From contig CAVQUB010000013.1 in the NCBI GenBank assembly GCA_963716725.1, forward strand, positions 128,001-192,000: a stretch of DNA of 64,000 nt, given 5' to 3'. The position numbers and the translations under genes are program-made. Below the pieces are notes generated by a model, which saw only the letters and a list, made by a program, of their open reading frames with translations, was not told where the DNA came from and made no database searches. Numbering within the stretch: the stretch's first letter is position 1; the number at the start of each line of letters is the position of its first letter. Shown piece after piece: positions 60,609 through 64,000 of this stretch. This DNA comes from an uncultured delta proteobacterium. Its GTDB lineage: Bacteria; Myxococcota_A; Polyangia; Polyangiales; Polyangiaceae.

Positions 60609-63539
60609 ATGGGGACCCGAAGGAGCGTCTGGACCCGGCTCGTCGCGATCGCAGTCGCGCTCGTCGCTTGCGGCGTGCTCGGGCAGACCGGCTGCGCAGC
60701 GGACGATTTGTCCGAGTACCTCGCCGCCGGCGAGTGCGAAGACGGCAAGTGCGCCCCCGGCTACGTCTGCGACACGACGCGCGCCGGGTTCCCCGGCGGA
60801 GTCTGCGTCAGGCAAGGCAGCGACGCCGGAGCCTGCGCCACGTGTGTCGCAGGCGAGCTCTGCTGCGACGACGCCTGCGTCGATCCAAAGTCCAGCTCTG
60901 CTCACTGTGGCGGTTGCGGCATGCCCTGTCCGGGCACGACCTGCGTCTCGTCCGAGTGCACCAACACCTGCAAGCTCGGCAGCCTGGACTGCGACGCGAA
61001 CGTCGTGAACGGCTGCGAGGTCGACGCCGCCAAGGATCCCGGGAACTGCGGCGCGTGCAAGACCGCGTGCAGCGCGCCGGTGAACGGAACAGCGGGCTGC
61101 GACCAAGGCAACTGTGCCCTCGTGTGCGAGACGGGCAAGGCCCTCTGCGACGTCACCTGCTTCGACACCGCGAGCGATCCGAACAACTGCGGCGGGTGCG
61201 CGGCAAACTGCCCCGAAGTGGATCACGGCGCTCGTACCTGCGGCGCGGGACAGTGCGGAGCGACTTGCGATCCAGACTTCACCGGCTGCGGCGACGACGG
61301 CTGCGTAAACACCGAGACCTCGGCGTCGCACTGCGGCGCCTGCGGCAGCATCTGCGACACGGGTCAGGTTTGCTACAAGAGCGCCTGCGGCGCGACCTGC
61401 AACGATCTCACCAAGTGCGGCGCTTCTTGCGTCGAGCCGCAGACGGACGTCGAGCATTGCGGCGCCTGTGGCAACGCCTGCCCCGCCCCGGCCAACGGAT
61501 TGCCGACCTGCACCGCCGGCAAGTGCGGCACGAGCTGCGACGCAGGCTTCACGCAGTGTGGCTTGCAGTGCGTCGATCCGAAAGCCGATCCGAACCACTG
61601 CGGAGGCTGCGGGAAGCCCTGCATCGCTCCCGCCAACGCAACCGCCACCTGCTCGGATTCGAGCTGCGGCTTCGTGTGCAGCGCGGGCTTCGCGAAATGC
61701 GGCGACAAGTGCGTCGACGTCCAGAACGACACGGCAAACTGCGGCGGGTGCGGCAATACCTGCCAAACGGGCGAGGTCTGCGCCGCGGGGGCCTGCGCGA
61801 CGAGCTGCCCCCCGGGCACCAAGCAGTGCGGGTCGGTGTGCGTGGACACCGCGACCGACGCGAGCAACTGCGGCGCGTGCGGCACGGCCTGCGCCGGCGT
61901 GGTGGACGGGAGCCCCAGCTGCAGCGCCGGCTCCTGCGACTACTCGTGCGATGCGGGCTTCACGAAGTGCAACGGAAAGTGTGTCAACACCACCAGCGAC
62001 AAGAGTCACTGTGGGGCATGCGGGAGCGCCTGTCCGCCCGCGCCGGTCGGCGGCGGCGTGGCCTGCGTCGCCTCCAAGTGCACGCCGAACTGCGGCGGAG
62101 GGCTGTCGCTCTGCGGAGAGCTCTGCGTCAACAAACAAGCGGACATCAACAACTGTGGCACCTGCGGCAACGTCTGTGGCTCCGGCAAGGTGTGCTCCAA
62201 CGGAGCATGCGGCTCCGCCTGTCCGAGCGAGACGACGAACTGCGGCGGGCAGTGCGTGGCCACGGACTCGGACGTGCTCCATTGCGGCGGCTGCGGGAAC
62301 GCATGCTCGGCTCCGCCGGGCGCTCAGGCCTTCTGCTCGGCGGGGCAGTGCGGCTTCAACTGCACCGGCGGCTTCATCGATTGCGCGGGGTCTTGCGTCG
62401 ACCCGACCAAGCTGCCCAACTGCGGCCAGTGCGGCAAGACCTGCACGCCCGCTCCGCCAAACGGCTTCCCGGTGTGCGGGTCGAACGGCTGCAGCTTTGA
62501 ATGCAACGCGGGCTACACCAGGTGCGGCTCCTCGTGTGTCAACACCCAGACCGACAACGCCAACTGCGGCGGTTGCGGGATCAAGTGCGGCGCCGGCAAG
62601 GTGTGTCAGGCGGGGCAGTGCGCGGCGGTGTGCACGTCGCCGCTGGTGAACTGCGGAGGGCACTGCGTGGACACCCAGACGAACCCGCAGCACTGCGGCA
62701 GCTGCGGGGTCCCCTGCCCGATCCGCCCGAACAGCACGGCGACGTGCATGAGCGGCGCCTGTGGCATCCAGTGCGACCCGCTCTGGGAGAACTGCAACGG
62801 CAACGCCGCAGACGGGTGTGAACAAGACGTCGGTGCGGATGTGGACAACTGCGGCGGCTGCGGCCGAATCTGCGGGACCGACAAGGTGCTGTCGCTGCAA
62901 TGCGCCAACGGGGCGTGCTCCTCGACGTGCCAGCTCGGGCGCAGCAACTGCAACCGGCCCAAGGCGCCCCTACCCGACGACGGCTGCGAAACAGAGCTGA
63001 AAGACGCGACCTGCGGCGGGTGCACGGCCAAATGCTCGCTGCAAGGCTTTGGCAACACCAAGCTGACCTGCGACCCCGATCCGAGCCCACCCATCGCCTG
63101 CGGGTGCACGACCGCCGCGCAGTGCTCGAACTCGGTCAACCCACTGCTGGAATCATGCGCGACCGGCGGTTTGTGCCGCTGTGGCGGCCTCACCTGCAAG
63201 CCCGGCGAGGTCTGCAAAGCGCTCGGGGCCGGAGGCACGGAGGTCACCTACGTGTGCGCTTGCAACGATGGCGCGGCGTGTTTGAGCCCCAATGCCACCT
63301 GCTGCCCGGGGGGCGGCTGTAAGCTCCTGAGCAGCAACGCGAATCACTGCGGCGCTTGCGGCCGGGACTGTCCGCCGGGCTTCAACTGCGCCGCGAGCAA
63401 ATGCAAGTGTTCGGGCGCCGCCTCCTGCGACATGGGCGGCACCGGCGTCTCGTGCGACAGTGGCGGTGGGGGATGCATCTGCGGCGCCGTGGCCTGCGCC
63501 GAAGGGAAACGCTGCTATCCCGGCAATGTGTGTCGCTGA
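60609..63539 (+). CDS. Large Cys-rich repeat lipoprotein (STIG1-like C..D....NCG.CG..C repeats)
   Basis: QTGC lipobox; many CVD....NCGxCG repeats. Confidence 0.9.
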   Translation: MGTRRSVWTRLVAIAVALVACGVLGQTGCAADDLSEYLAAGECEDGKCAPGYVCDTTRAGFPGGVCVRQGSDAGACATCVAGELCCDDACVDPKSSSAHCGGCGMPCPGTTCVSSECTNTCKLGSLDCDANVVNGCEVDAAKDPGNCGACKTACSAPVNGTAGCDQGNCALVCETGKALCDVTCFDTASDPNNCGGCAANCPEVDHGARTCGAGQCGATCDPDFTGCGDDGCVNTETSASHCGACGSICDTGQVCYKSACGATCNDLTKCGASCVEPQTDVEHCGACGNACPAPANGLPTCTAGKCGTSCDAGFTQCGLQCVDPKADPNHCGGCGKPCIAPANATATCSDSSCGFVCSAGFAKCGDKCVDVQNDTANCGGCGNTCQTGEVCAAGACATSCPPGTKQCGSVCVDTATDASNCGACGTACAGVVDGSPSCSAGSCDYSCDAGFTKCNGKCVNTTSDKSHCGACGSACPPAPVGGGVACVASKCTPNCGGGLSLCGELCVNKQADINNCGTCGNVCGSGKVCSNGACGSACPSETTNCGGQCVATDSDVLHCGGCGNACSAPPGAQAFCSAGQCGFNCTGGFIDCAGSCVDPTKLPNCGQCGKTCTPAPPNGFPVCGSNGCSFECNAGYTRCGSSCVNTQTDNANCGGCGIKCGAGKVCQAGQCAAVCTSPLVNCGGHCVDTQTNPQHCGSCGVPCPIRPNSTATCMSGACGIQCDPLWENCNGNAADGCEQDVGADVDNCGGCGRICGTDKVLSLQCANGACSSTCQLGRSNCNRPKAPLPDDGCETELKDATCGGCTAKCSLQGFGNTKLTCDPDPSPPIACGCTTAAQCSNSVNPLLESCATGGLCRCGGLTCKPGEVCKALGAGGTEVTYVCACNDGAACLSPNATCCPGGGCKLLSSNANHCGACGRDCPPGFNCAASKCKCSGAASCDMGGTGVSCDSGGGGCICGAVACAEGKRCYPGNVCR

Positions 63540-63552
63540 GGGACCGGAATCC

Positions 63553-64000
63553 ATGAAACAGCGTCGACGACCTCTGTACCGGCTCCTCGCGGCCCTAATC
63601 AGCACCTTGGGTCCGGCCGTGGCGGCTCAGACCGGCTGCGCGGCGGACGACCTCTCGGAGTACCTCGCGGGGGGCGAGTGCGACGACGGCAAGTGCGCTG
63701 ATGGATACGTCTGCGACAAGACGCGTTCCGGGTTTCCAAACGGCGTCTGTGTTCCTGGCGGTGGAGGCGATGCCGGACCCTGCTCCGCGTGCACCGCGGA
63801 GGAGATCTGCTGCGACGGCGCCTGCGCCAATCCGAAGACGAGCTCGGCGCACTGTGGCGGTTGCAACAAGCCTTGTCCGGGCACGACCTGCGTCTCGTCC
63901 GAATGCACCAACACCTGCAAGCTCGGCAGCCTGGACTGCGACGCGAACGTCGTGAACGGCTGTGAGGTCGACGCCGCCAAGGATCCGCTGAACTGCGGCT
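63553..64000 (+). CDS. Tandem paralog of the Cys-rich repeat lipoprotein (partial)
   Basis: MKQRRRPLYRLLAALI...QTGCAADDLSEYLAGGEC; runs off the window. Confidence 0.85.
   Translation, partial: MKQRRRPLYRLLAALISTLGPAVAAQTGCAADDLSEYLAGGECDDGKCADGYVCDKTRSGFPNGVCVPGGGGDAGPCSACTAEEICCDGACANPKTSSAHCGGCNKPCPGTTCVSSECTNTCKLGSLDCDANVVNGCEVDAAKDPLNCG

Noticed and set aside
60072..62900. 942-aa minus-strand ORF
   Set aside because: Ala-rich shadow of the Cys-rich lipoprotein.

Overview
High-GC window whose gene content (many Gly/Cys-rich lipoproteins, Ser/Thr kinase + TPR/PEGA cassettes) suggests a Polyangiaceae-like myxobacterium. About 1-17.7 kb is an accessory region of nested mobile DNA: an IS91-type transposase, two broken copies of an integrase-core IS, and a complete 3,258-bp three-gene transposon with TGT...ACA ends and a 5-bp target duplication. 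It also holds three toxin-antitoxin pairs and a split ~1,790-aa protease/RCC1/NHL lipoprotein gene. The rest encodes lipoproteins, signalling proteins (CheB/CheR-PAS, two hybrid His kinases, three Ser/Thr kinases) and housekeeping genes (hemL, ppdK, glyS, yacG, hslO). Top observations: (1) modular 54-nt hairpin inserts sitting in frame inside transposase genes, one present in one IS copy and absent from the other; (2) a hidden selenocysteine peroxiredoxin-glutaredoxin fusion with a SECIS-like hairpin; (3) an orphan His-Xaa-Ser repeat peptide; (4) a 7-bp repeat tract that could switch the giant lipoprotein on or off. Many single-base frameshifts, including one in essential glyS, point to assembly indel errors, so pseudogene calls are tentative. 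No rRNA, tRNA or CRISPR array was seen.
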